DNA of 64,000 nt from Octopus sinensis (Eukaryota), in contig NC_043003.1 in NCBI RefSeq assembly GCF_006345805.1, forward strand, positions 23,808,001 to 23,872,000, in the 5' to 3' direction. Below the pieces are notes generated by a model that saw nothing but the letters and a program-made list of their open reading frames with translations, did no database searches and had not been told where the DNA came from. Of this stretch, positions 51,962 to 64,000 are shown piece by piece (position 1 is the stretch's first letter; the number at the start of each line of letters is the position of its first letter). Made by a program: the position numbers and the translations under genes.

Positions 51962-52460
51962 CTCTCTTTACTCTACTTGTTCCAGTCATTTGACTGGAGC
52001 ACCGCCTTTAGTCGAGCAAATCGACCCCAGGACTTATTCTTTGTAAGCCTAGTACTTATTCTATCCGTCACTTTTTCTGAACCGCTAAGTTACGGTGACA
52101 TAAACACCCCAGCATTTCAGTGTTTCGTCTCAAAGTTGTGATATTTTCTTACTCTTTTACTTGTTTCAGTCATTTGATTGTGGCTATTCTGGAGCACCGC
52201 CTTTAGTCGAGCAAATCGACGCCAGGACTTATTCTTTGTAAGCCTAGTACTTAATTTATCGGGTTCTTTGGTCGAACCGCTACAGACACATAAACACACA
52301 CATTTATATATATATACATATATACGACGGGCTTCTTTTCAGTTTCTGTCTACCAAATCCACTCACAAATCTTTGGTTGGCCCGAGGCTATATTAGAAGA
52401 CACTTGCCCAAATTATCACCATGTGGTAAGCAAGCTACTTACCACACAGCTACTCCTGTG
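51962..52460 (-). mobile_element. SINE family B with duplicated 3' half
   Basis: GGAGCACCGCCTTTAGTCGAGCAAATCGAC...AAGCCTAGTACTT occurs at ~51997 and ~52191. Confidence 0.85.
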
Positions 52461-52729
52461 CATATATTGATCATTTAACAAAAACTTTCTTCGATCGGCT
52501 TACCATACATTTACCATGAGTATCTCGTACGATACAACGAAATATATTTAAGTAAGGATGCAAAACTAGAAACAATTTGATGGAAGAAATTGTCCATGAA
52601 TTGTCCAAATAATAAAATATATAAACAACGTTACATTTATTGAATTATAAATCATACATTCAACATATATTAGTTTCAACTAAATATGAATATACATTGT
52701 CAACATTTAAATTCTGGTGGTCAACAAAC

Positions 52730-53333
52730 ACATACAGATACTCAGATATACTAATATGCACTTACACCTATTATCAATGTGATCGTTTATATGAAACCTT
52801 CAATCTTTGCTTTCAATCCTGAGCTTCTCAGCCACTGATGGGTTGTAGCTTGGTCTAAATCAGCCTTTCGGCTTCGAAGTATATACTGTCCTTATAGAGG
52901 TTTCTGTCTCCACTACTCAGTTTGTTTCTGCCCGTTCATTTTGCAGTCTGTTTGATCCGTTTTGCTTCTTTCGTGGTAATGGTTACCGTTCTTCATCTAA
53001 TTCACGGTTAATGCCTAGTTCTTTTGTGAATTTGTAAGCTTCCTTGACAATAGAATATGATCTTTTTTCTGCTTTCGTGTTTGCACACAAGCTGCAGCAT
53101 CCAAGTTCTCTGTACTAGATAAGTACTTTTTCATTGTGGAGGTCTTATAACACAGTTCTGCCTGCATCATTCCTCTCTCCACCCCATTACTTCTAGGTAG
53201 GTACAGACGATCAACGACTGCTTTAAGGTGGTGTATGCGGTTAGATGTTAGTAGTTTTCTTGTCTTCCTCTCCAGGTGTTGGAGTTTTGTAAGATTCCTA
53301 TTAATGATATTAAAACTGTATGGGACTACAGGA
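52730..53333 (-). mobile_element. R4/Dong-clade LINE internal fragment abutting (TAA)n
   Basis: PVVPYSFNIIN, LERKTRKLLT, VDRLYLPRSNG, KPLYGQY, THQWLRSSGLKA. Confidence 0.85.
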
Positions 53334-53334
53334 A

Positions 53335-53337
53335 GTA

Positions 53338-53388
<51 letters not shown>

Positions 53389-53420
53389 CATTATTATATT
53401 ATTATCATTGTTGTTGTTGC

Positions 53421-53453
<33 letters not shown>

Positions 53454-53476
53454 CCTTATTATTATTATTATTATCC

Positions 53477-53516
<40 letters not shown>

Positions 53517-53712
53517 GATTATTATTATTATTATGTATATTTCCCTTACTTTTCATTGTATAACGTATAATTACATTTTTTATTATTTGATTATTTTATC
53601 ATTTTATTATAGGTAACCCCCCACATACACACACACACTATGTCTGTCTTTGTATTGTCACTCTCATACTTCGCCCTGGTGGCAAATAATGAAATTATCA
53701 TCATCATCATCG

Positions 53713-53743
<31 letters not shown>

Positions 53744-53766
53744 GATTATTATTATTATTATTATTA

Positions 53767-53797
<31 letters not shown>

Positions 53798-53807
53798 GAT
53801 GATGATG

Positions 53808-53872
<65 letters not shown>
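53335..53872. repeat. (TTA)n/(TCA)n trinucleotide arrays
   Basis: Direct reading; source of the poly-I/L/Y/N ORFs. Confidence 0.95.
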
Positions 53873-54155
53873 TGTTATCGTCGCAAGGCGATTAGCCGTC
53901 TGAATCGGTAGCAAGCCGGATTATATGTAAAGTGACATTTCGTCCATCTTTACGTTCTGAGTCGAAATCTCAAAAGGTTTGACTTTGCTCTTCACCCTTC
54001 CGGAATTGGTGAAATAGGTACCTATTGAGTACTGGTGCTTATGGCTGGCCCTGAGTCAAAATTTTGAACGCACCACCCGGACTACGAATTGAGAACACAG
54101 TCCTGTGATCGTGAGTTCAATACCTTAACCACTAAGCCATGCGCCCTCACATAAT

Positions 54156-54222
<67 letters not shown>

Positions 54223-54670
54223 TTGTTGATGCAAATTTTATTTCGATCCTCCATCGTAATACTAACGAGCGCAAAAGCAATTTCCCTGTAACAAACAATT
54301 TATTCTTATATTTCAGTTTCGGAATTCATGATTAATTACAAATAAACAATGACATATAATGAAAGAAAAATACAACACTCACCATTCTGTTTATTAATAA
54401 TGACAAATCTTGTTTTCTTTGGGAAATATCATTGTGTCAATTGTGTGACCAGCAAATGATAAGCTACTTGCCTTCCCATCATTTTGTTTCTAGCTTCCTT
54501 TCACTCTATCGTTCTATATCTCTTTATCACTCTCCCTCTCACTCTGTTTCTCTCTCTATATATATAATGTATGTAAATATATATGTATATAAATGTAAGA
54601 GAGAAGGTGTGTTGTTCGTGTATATTTCTATCTACATAAACTGATATTTGTTTAGTGATATCCTAAGGAT

Positions 54671-54723
<53 letters not shown>

Positions 54724-54889
54724 ATTTAGTTATATATAATATATATATGTATATATATATATATACATATATATATATACATATATACATATATAAACAT
54801 ACATACATACTTACTTACATACATACATACAACCCTATATACATAGATATATACGCCTATACACACACATGCATATCCTCACGCAGAAG

Positions 54890-54936
<47 letters not shown>

Positions 54937-55439
54937 GTATATGCATATATATGCGTAGGCATAAACTCATGTATATATATATATATATATATATATTTGT
55001 GTATATATGTGTTTATGCATATATGTGGATGTATGTGTATATATGTATAAACACGAAATATAGTAATTTTGTGTGCATCATGTATTCTGGTGAAAAGCCA
55101 CCAATCTCGCGCATAAATAATAAACGGCATTGTAAATTATTCCCAAAGGCTATAAATCTTACCAAATTAAAATCTTTCAGCTTCTTTTACTGTGTTCTAT
55201 AACGTCACCAGAGAGGAAATGGAAGCGACAATTATATGAGATGACGCTTTCAGTTATTACTTTTCATGCTAAATCTAACTTGTAAATGTGGTACTCATTT
55301 TTCAAATGGAGAGAAATGAGTTCGATTCAACAGCTTGACAAAGGAAAGGAAAACAGAACAAGTTCGCGAATACATTTATGAGAGTGAGTTTAAGGAGTTT
55401 CATGTAGATATAAATGATCTCCCTGTTGGTTCTACTATG

Positions 55440-56568
55440 CGAGGTCTGAATCAATAAGTATCCGGAGGACTGTTACCATAGTAATGAAGCTAAAGGATGT
55501 AGAGTGAAGCTGCTTGCTACAGATTGACCTTGAACGCTGCTGTGCATGCGCACAAGGTTTTAACGTTCTAGCTCACTTCCGCTTTTTACAGCAGTCCTTG
55601 AAAGGAACGCGTGTAGCGTGTGATCGTCGCATTGACTGTCACAGATAAGGTTTTCTTGTCAGTACCAGCTCAGAATCCAACGGAATGTTGCAGAAAGTGA
55701 ATAGAGATGAGAATGTGAATCACACACAAGTGTACGAGTGTTTCAGATGTCGATATTCGCGATGTCGATATAAGGCGGCGAGCTGGCAGAAACGTTAGCA
55801 CGCCGGGCGAAATGCGTGGCCGTATTTCGTCTGCCGTTACGTTCTGAGTTCAAATTCCGCCGAGGTCGACTTTGCCTTTCATCCTTTCGGGGTCGATAAA
55901 TTAAGTACCCGTTGCGCACTGGGGTCGATCTATTCGACTTAATCCCTTTGTCTGTCCTTGTTTGTCCTCTCTGTGTTTAGCCCCTTGTGGGTAGTAAAGA
56001 AATAGATATTCGCGAACGTTCTGGAAGTCCCGCAACTGACAGAACTGAGAAAAACATCGCAGATGAGCGTCCATCTGTGTAAGGAAATCGTTGAATCACC
56101 ATCCGTTAGTTATCAGAGGATGTGCAGATTAGTTACAGTTCAGTCCATTATCACTGAAGATTTGGGTGTGAGACGCGTATCTGTCAAGTTTGTGCCTAAA
56201 CTGCTTTCAGCTGACCAAAAAGAGAATCGGGTTTTAGTTGCACAAGTTTTCCTTCCTTGATTATGTCGAGAATGATGAAAACCTTTCGGAAACTTTGCGT
56301 AGTCCACTGAGCAGATATCGCGATGCCTTTGGCAAGCTTTGATGCGGACTCTCAGCTCAACTTTCTCTGTCATGTTCAATGCGACGCTCACACACTACAC
56401 ACCTTCCTTCTAAGCACTGCTGTAAACAGTGGAGGTGAGCTAGAACGTTAAAACTTAGTGCACATGCACCGTAGAGTTTCAGGTCAATCTGTGCCAAGCA
56501 GCTTTACTCTGTGTGCTTTAGCTTTGTTTACTATAGCAGCAGTCAAGATTCTTATTGATCAGACCAGG
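55440..56568. mobile_element. Mariner-derived element with long inverted ends, carrying a SINE insertion
   Basis: CGAGGTCTGAATCAATAAG / CTTATTGATCAGACCAGG-TA; ~200-bp inverted arms; VQSIITEDLGVRRVSVKFVPKLLSADQKENR; inverted MTEKVELRVRIK start. Confidence 0.85.
55772..56004 (+). mobile_element. Young SINE family A copy with 11-bp target-site duplication
   Basis: GATATTCGCGA at 55752-55762 and 56005-56015. Confidence 0.9.
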
Positions 56569-56639
56569 TATGGTTTTGGTTGCTTTTTATAGACACAAAG
56601 ACTGATATTTTGGGAGAAGACCTAGTCAAACGCTTCGAA

Positions 56640-57240
56640 CAAAGCGCGCAAGTGGTTGGTTCTTGTTTCATTGACCCCAGAAGAATGAAATACATAGTGA
56701 ACCTCGGTGGAATTTCAACTCAGAACGTAAAGAAGGGCGAAATACCACTAAGAATTTTATCCGGCCTGCTAACGGTTCTTCCAGATCAACGGCTTCTAAC
56801 AGGTTACAATCCTTTCCACTATAGCCAAAAGATCTAAAATTTGGGGCAAAGGGCTTATTGATTACATTACCCTCGGTGCTCAACTGGTATTTCATCGATC
56901 CTGAATGGATGGAGGGTAAAGACGACCTCAGCAGAATTTAAACTAAGAACTTAAAGGCAGACAAAATGCGTCAGACGATCATGTACGACGTGCTAACACT
57001 TCTGTTAGATCGCTGCCTTAACCTGTCATAATAATCATGTAATGAAGGTTTAAAATGTTGGTAAAAGGCCAGCAATTCTGAGGGCGGGACTAACTCGATT
57101 ACATCGACCCCAGTGCACAAATTGTAATTCCTTCATCGATGCCGAAAGGTGAAAGGCAAATTCGACTTCAGTAGAATTTGAACTCAGACACTGAAAACCG
57201 ACAAAATATTACCAGTCATTTTGTCAGTATTCTAACGATA
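56640..57240 (-). mobile_element. Two decayed SINE family A copies
   Basis: GACCTCGGTGGAATTTCAACTCAG and related motifs repeated. Confidence 0.7.
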
Positions 57241-57984
57241 AACATATAATAATCAACTCCAGTTTATAGTGTTAAAAATTTTGATACAATCTGCATTATA
57301 TATATAACATCAAGTTAACATTCAGGAAAATATTACAGTACACAACACCCATAGACTTAATCCACTTTGGCCATTTCAACCAGCATGTTTACCTAGTAAA
57401 CGTTTTGTGCTGCACATATCGTATGTATCTTTACTAATTACGTTACCACAGTATAGTATTCATCGTCTAGAAAACATTTTGATTGAATATATCTGTCAGT
57501 CATGAAACTACCTCTTACCAATATTCCGTTACATTAACTATTATTAAGGTAGATATAATTCAATAGTTATCCGAGACAATGTGGCTTTCTCTGTATCGCT
57601 GTTTTATATTTTATTAATAAATGCCTCAGCAACGGATATCAGTGAACGTTTATCATGTCTATGAGAGAAAATTTACGTGGTTAACTACATTATTAGTATA
57701 TTCAGAGGTACGGAAAATTGTCATGTAACAACCTATTACAGACCATAAAGCTACGCGTGTATTAACCCACGAATGCACGCATTCACACACAGGCATACAC
57801 AAATACACGTAGAAGTTATGCACACCTCACCTTACGAATATAAACAGTCACTCAAGAACATATACACATTTTATATATAAATATGTATATGTATGTATCT
57901 GCGTGTATGTGTGTATATGGAAATATATATATATATATATATACGTATATATATACATACATATATGTAATGTGTGTATATATA

Positions 57985-58146
57985 GGCGCAGGAGTGTCTG
58001 TGTGGTATGTAGATTGCTTACCAGCCAAATGGTTCAGGGTTCAGTCCCTCTGCGTGGCACCTAGGGAAAGTGTCTTCTACTATAGCCTCGGATCGACTAA
58101 AGCCTTGTGAGTGGATTTGCTAGACAGAAACTGAAAGAAGCCCGTC

Positions 58147-58186
<40 letters not shown>

Positions 58187-58380
58187 TTATATGCGTGTAT
58201 ATATTTGTGTATCTGTCTTTGTCAACCGATGGTGGTGTGTTTACGTCCCCGTAACTTAGCGGTTAGGCAAAAGAGACTAATAGAATGCGTACTAGTCCTG
58301 GGGTCGATTTGCTTGACTTAAAGGAGGTGCTCCAGCATGGCCGCAGTCAAATGACTGAAACAAATAAAAGAGAAAGAGAG
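57985..58380 (+). mobile_element. SINE family B, full length
   Basis: Similarity to 11355-11777. Confidence 0.88.
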
Positions 58381-58527
58381 AATATATATGTATATATATA
58401 GAGAGATTGATAGATAGAATAGAATAGATAGATAGATAGGTTGGTAGATAGGTACACATGGTTAGGTAGATAGATGGAAAGACAGACAGACAAGCAGACA
58501 GATAGACAGACATATATATATATATAT

Positions 58528-58570
<43 letters not shown>

Positions 58571-61500
58571 TGTTTCTTTATTAGCCACACAGGGCTGCAC
58601 ACAGATAGAACAAATTACAAGGTAGAGCTTTTCTTTTGAAGGTTTAAAAAAAATAAATAAATAAAAATAAAAAATAAAATAACAAATAAAATAATAAAAA
58701 AAAATAGAAAAGGGGGGTCGATCAAAAGGGATCGTAAAAGGAGAGAAAGAGGACAAAAAAGGGGGGGTTAAAAAAAAGGGGGAGAGGAAAAAAAATTGAT
58801 CAGTAGGGATCGTTATCATAGAAATGTCAATATGAAGTGTAAAGGGGAGGACAGGTGAGGTTTACCCGTGGAAAGAAAAGCCTACGGAAAAGACCACGGT
58901 AACCTCGGTCAATGAAGTCACATGTTATATTTCTTTTTTTTTTTTGCAAATAAGCAACTCTCTGTATTAATTTTACGGTTCATAGAATCATAGTCAAGGT
59001 GGCTTCGTCATTCATACGTGCCATCCTTGCTACATTCACCCATCATTTTTTAAAACATTCACTAGACAAAACTTGCCTCTCTACTCTCACTTTTTTCTTC
59101 AAGTGATACTTGAAGAAGTTGATGAGAGATTGACCAGAGAGGAAAGTGTTTGTCTCTAATCCTTTCAGACGCGTCCACCAGATACATTCTTTCGCCATAG
59201 CCACAAGTATGATAAAAATAGCTCTTCCTTCCCGTTTGAAGGAAGGAGGCGTGACGATATTAACGATAGACTCGGCTGATAAACCGACACGTCCCACACG
59301 TGACAGCAGTCGTTCGACATAAGCCCACAGGTGGGAAATTGCTGGACACTGCACGATTGCGTGCAGAGCGGTTTCGTCGCTCTGACCGCATCTCGGGCAG
59401 GTCGGCCCCGTGTTTCTCGAGCCATGCCTATAGAGCTTATCCCGAACGGGTAGCGCTTCTCGGTAGCACCGCCAGGCCAGGGATCTCTGGAAGTTGTCCA
59501 TAGGTCCCGGGCCGAAAGTCGTTTGAAACAGGCGGGTCAGGTATTCCTCGTCGACGCCCAGGTTTGCCCCGAGCTCGTCGTCGTACCTCCCCTCCACTAA
59601 TCCCCTATAGAATGCTTTGGTTGTGTTGAAGTCACTCAAGGTCGACCCGGGACGGCAGAGTTGCTTGAGAGCAACGCGACACTCGCGGTGCCATTCGCCT
59701 TCTTCGGCCTCTTTTTGATCCACGACTGTAGTTCGGTCATGGAGACAAGTTGCGGAATGCGTGCCTCACAAACGGCGACCACACCTGTTCACCGTCGTCT
59801 ACATAGAGCCGGAGATGTCGCAGTCTCAGCGCGTGTCTGCGCATCATCAACCACGGCATGCCAGCCCTCCTTTTAACGGGTGTTGACAGCAAATGGATCG
59901 CCTGACCATCGGGACGCATCCTTTCCACAAGAAGCGGAAGAGGATGCGTTCTAGTTTGGTGATGGTAGGGTCGGGACAAGGTACGATGGTCAGGCGGTAG
60001 TAGATGATGGACGCGATGTACGCGTTCACCACCTCCGCCCGACCTTTTAGGGACAGTTTCCTCTCGGCCCATTGCTAGGCGAGAGTGACCACCCTACTCG
60101 TTATCTCGTTCCAGTTCTTCTCCATTTGGAGGTCCGGACCGAACCAGACCCCGAGCAACTCAACCGGGCCGTCTGTCCAGCGTCCCACGACGGAGGTACT
60201 GGTGGACGGCATGGGTTTGCTTCTCCAGGTGCCGAGCCGCAAGCCCACTGACTTTTCCCGGTTGATTTTTGCTCCTGTCACCGCTTCGTAGTCTTTCAGT
60301 GTCTCGCCGACCCGCTCGATGTGCTCGTGGCTTGACACTATGACGGTGACGTCGTCCGCGTATGCAGACACGCTCGTCCCGCATCCTAATTCTCGCGGGA
60401 TGCCCCTCAGAGTCGCCAGCTTCCGCAGTAGTGGCTCAAGAGTCAATACGTATAGAAGCGCCGAGAGGGGGCATCCCTGACGGACCGAACGTGCAATGTC
60501 GAAGGGTCTCGATAGATGTCCATTTACGCGAATTACCGAACGGGCCATGGCAATGCTACAAGGCAGCTATCCAGCCGCGGAAGACGGGACCGAAACCAGC
60601 CGCTCTCAGGACTGCCTCCAAGTATCGATGGTCTACCCTATCAAAGGCTTTCGATTGATCCAAGTTGATCAGGGTCCCACCCATGCCAGGTTCATTAATT
60701 CTACCCTGTCTATGATGTAGCGCGCATCAGATGGAGGTTGTCATGGATGCTCCGGCCGGCACGGCGCACGTTTGTGCGTTGTCGACCAGTTTCTCCATGA
60801 CAAGCGCCAACCTCTTGGCTAACACCTTTGTCAAAATTTTCAGGTCTGCATTGAGCAGAGTGATTGGCCTAAAGTTATCTATAATGTTTCCCTTGTTTGG
60901 ATCTTTCTTCAGCAGAGTTACAGCTCCTCGACTCACAAAACCGGGTATGCTCCCGTTTTGCTGCCAGTTGCAGTATACCGCTGCCAAGACGTCTCCAAAC
61001 AAGTCTGGCATACAATAGTAAAATTCGTAGGGTAGACCATCCAAACCCGGTGATTTGTCCCTCGAGCATTCTGCCATCGCTTTCCGCACTTCCGCCGCCG
61101 TGATGGCACCTTCGCAGCACCCTGCCTTTCTTGTCGAGAGTCGTGGCAGGCTATGTAGGTAGGCACTGAAGTCTACCCTACGTTCTTGCCCTCCACTCGT
61201 CCCGAACAGTCGGGCAAAATGCTGCTGAAAGGCCTCACACATTTTACTTGGCTCGAGCAATTCGCGCCCCTGTTCATCTACCAGTGACCGAATGGTGGCT
61301 TTGTTGCCCTGTTGCGCCTCTGCCACCCGGGCCTCTCTCGCGGCTCCAACACCTTCGTTCTTAGAGCACGCATCCTAGCTCTGACAGCACATCCTTCGGT
61401 TTGGCGTTGAAGTGTTGGTCGAGGGCCAACCTCGCCGCCAAAACGTCGGATGCGATGCCGCTTCTAATTGCCTCTTCTAGCTTCTTAACTAGCTCACCCT

Positions 61501-62040
61501 CTACTCTATTTCTATCTATGGCTAGTGCTTTGCTGTACCTAATCGCTTCTGCTTTTACTGCTCTCTTGAGGGCAAACCACCATTTGTTGTTGATGATGCT
61601 CCCGTCAAAGCCCTCTTTACTAGTGTGCTAATCCGGTCTCTGAAAACTTGTCTGGACGGGAATGATGCGTTCAGTTTCCAGTACCCAGGACCCTGTCTAT
61701 GTGCCTTATCTAAGTCTAGCGTACACGTCACCAATTTGTGATCCGTGTAGCTGACTGTGTGGAATTGTGGACATCCTTGTCTACTGTCCTACACAGTATC
61801 CTATCTAGATACGATCTCGACGACCCACTGCGGTTGCTCCATGTCCACGTTGGTGCATTTGGGTGGTCGAGTCGGTACCTGTCAGACAGTTGGAATCGTC
61901 TGAGCAGGTCTCTGAGGCATTTGCATCCCCTTCTGTTTCTGTCTCTACCCACGTAGTCTACATGCGTGTCCAAGGTAGCATTCCAATCCCCCACTAAGAG
62001 TAAAGGACGAGACGTTCCCAAGAATACTTCTAGACGTCGA
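58571..62040 (-). mobile_element. 5'-truncated Tx1/L1-clade LINE: AP endonuclease remnant, RT, C-terminal zinc knuckle, 3' UTR
   Basis: [78 protein letters not shown]; several stops and frameshifts; 3' end AATAAAGAAACA-(TATC)n. Confidence 0.95.
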
Positions 62041-62048
62041 AAGAAATC

Positions 62049-62049
<1 letters not shown>

Positions 62050-62125
<76 letters not shown>

Positions 62126-62140
62126 TATAGATAGATAGAG

Positions 62141-62222
<82 letters not shown>
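62050..62222. repeat. (GATA)n microsatellite at the LINE 5' junction
   Basis: Direct reading; (GATA)n also occurs at ~58527-58570. Confidence 0.95.
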
Positions 62223-62224
<2 letters not shown>

Positions 62225-62368
62225 TGAATATACATTATATATGTATGCATCAATATATGTCCATTGGACATATACTTGTGTGTGTGCGTGCGCGTGTGTG
62301 TGTATACATATATGTATGTGTATACGCATATTTGTAGGTATACAAATATGAGCGCAGGTACAAATATA

Positions 62369-62765
62369 GGCGCAGGAGTGGCTATGTTGTAAGTAGCATG
62401 CTAACCAATCACATGGTTTTGAGTTCAGTCCTACTGCATAGCACCTTTGGAAAGTGTCTTCTACTATAGCCTCGGGCCGACCAGAGCCTTTTGAATGAAT
62501 TTGCTAGACAGAAATTTAAGGGAGCCCGTTGTATGTGTGTGTTTGTGTGTGTGTATTTGTGTGTCTGTATTTGTTCCCCAACCAGCGCCTGACAATCGAT
62601 GCTGGTGTGTCTACGTCCACGTAAGCTAGCGGTTCTGTAGAACGACTCGATATAATATGTACTAGGCTTACAAAGAATAAGTCCTTGGGCGATTTGCTCG
62701 ACTAAAGGCGGTAGTCCTGCGTGGCCACAGCCAAATGACCGAAAAGTAAAAGAATAACAGAATAT
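62369..62765 (+). mobile_element. SINE family B
   Basis: Similarity to 11355-11777. Confidence 0.85.
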
Positions 62766-62787
62766 ATATATATGTATAACTATAGGT

Positions 62788-62820
<33 letters not shown>

Positions 62821-64000
62821 GCTGCTATAACCGGTAATTCTCGGGTGTAAAGATGTTCTATTGAAACGCCTTATATAAGAAAGCAATTTCGTTTTAACTG
62901 CCACAAAAGCTGTATTTTCCGTCACGGAAAAGTACAAAAGAGCTGTCAGCTGGAGGAGGGAGACATTGTAGGTGGTTGGTGGGAGAGGTTTTCGGAGATT
63001 GGCGAGAACGATTGTTGGAGGTTGGTTATTGAGGTTATATAAATACATGAATGAAGTGTTTGAAGAAAGTGCAGTTATAACGTTCACACTTACTGATGGT
63101 CGCTCTCAGTAACTGCCTTTAAATTACGGAGCTCTTGTTTTTATAGCTATCGAAAAGCAACCAGAAGGATAGACATATTGTTGAGAACAAATGATTTCGT
63201 TGGAAGTGTGTTATCTCCATTCCAGCCAGTGGTGGCCTAGAAGAGGTTAGAAGGGTCATGCGGCAAGGACATCATTCTGCTTTGCGAAGGCATCTATGAA
63301 ATGTATAACTGCTGTCATTCACAGAAAAAACTATCGTTTCACTGTGAGAAAAGCGCTGTTGAAGTGTTAAGTGGAATTTGGCAATCGAGGATCGCATCCA
63401 CGCTGTCTGCGTGAAGCCACTACAAATAGGTTATGGAATATAAAATTAATCTACTGTCATGGAAAGTGTGTACCTGTAAAAATGCAGATTCATCGGCGTA
63501 ATGGGCATTCAAAAAAGTATGTATAGAAATGCATGAATGAACTAATTAACGTTTAAGATTCAAATCAAGGAATAGCAATAATAATGTTTTGCAGTTCAAA
63601 ACTGTGAGTAGTGAAAATCAAATATTGATCACTTCACTAAAATCTGGAGGTGGTATGGGTTATTTCCCTTGGGTTGTTGGAATAAAATATTAGTAATATG
63701 TAGTAGATACAGGGATGCATTGGAGCCCTAAAATCGATTTTTTTTCAATAACCTAAGTATTTCACGAGATTTCCAGACATGAGTTCTACTTACGTACCAA
63801 ATAAAGTGATATTGACTGCAAAAATTACAAAAAAATCAATATTCAAAGTAATCGAACATAAACAATGAAATGGATTATTTCTGTTGAGCGTTTAAAAAAA
63901 TATTGTGCAGATGCTATGGGTTATTTCCCTTGGTTATCAAAAAAGTTAGTTATATGAGGTAGATATAAAGGTCTCATCCAAGGACCGTATTATACATTTT

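Noticed and set aside
53235-53903. Poly-Asn/Ile/Leu/Tyr ORFs
   Set aside because: Translations of (TTA)n/(TCA)n arrays.
62668-63087. 139-aa minus-strand ORF
   Set aside because: Runs through a microsatellite and a SINE; no recognisable domain.
63110-63450. Possible Tc1-like remnant
   Set aside because: No diagnostic motif or terminal repeat could be confirmed.

Overview
AT-rich, repeat-dominated metazoan intergenic or intronic DNA. The SINE families and compound (TA)n/(CA)n/(TATC)n/(TATG)n microsatellites resemble an Octopus genome (inference from recall, not a search). No intact host gene is evident, and most listed ORFs are microsatellite or antisense artefacts. The window holds decayed retroelements: several Penelope-like elements (PLEs), two R4/Dong-like LINE relics, a 5'-truncated Tx1/L1-like LINE, and two RTE-like 3' ends. 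It also holds four mariner relics, fold-back/MITE-like elements and at least three tRNA-derived SINE families. The strongest signal is a dense set of type I hammerhead ribozyme (HHR) motifs, about 12 copies in 5 sequence families. They lie in PLE 3' ends and in ORF-less retrozyme-like units, including a 601-bp monomer with 88-bp terminal redundancy whose diverged copy keeps a palindromic stem III by compensatory change. A few isolated exon-like islands (27-33 kb minus strand, 41 kb plus strand) may belong to unidentified genes.
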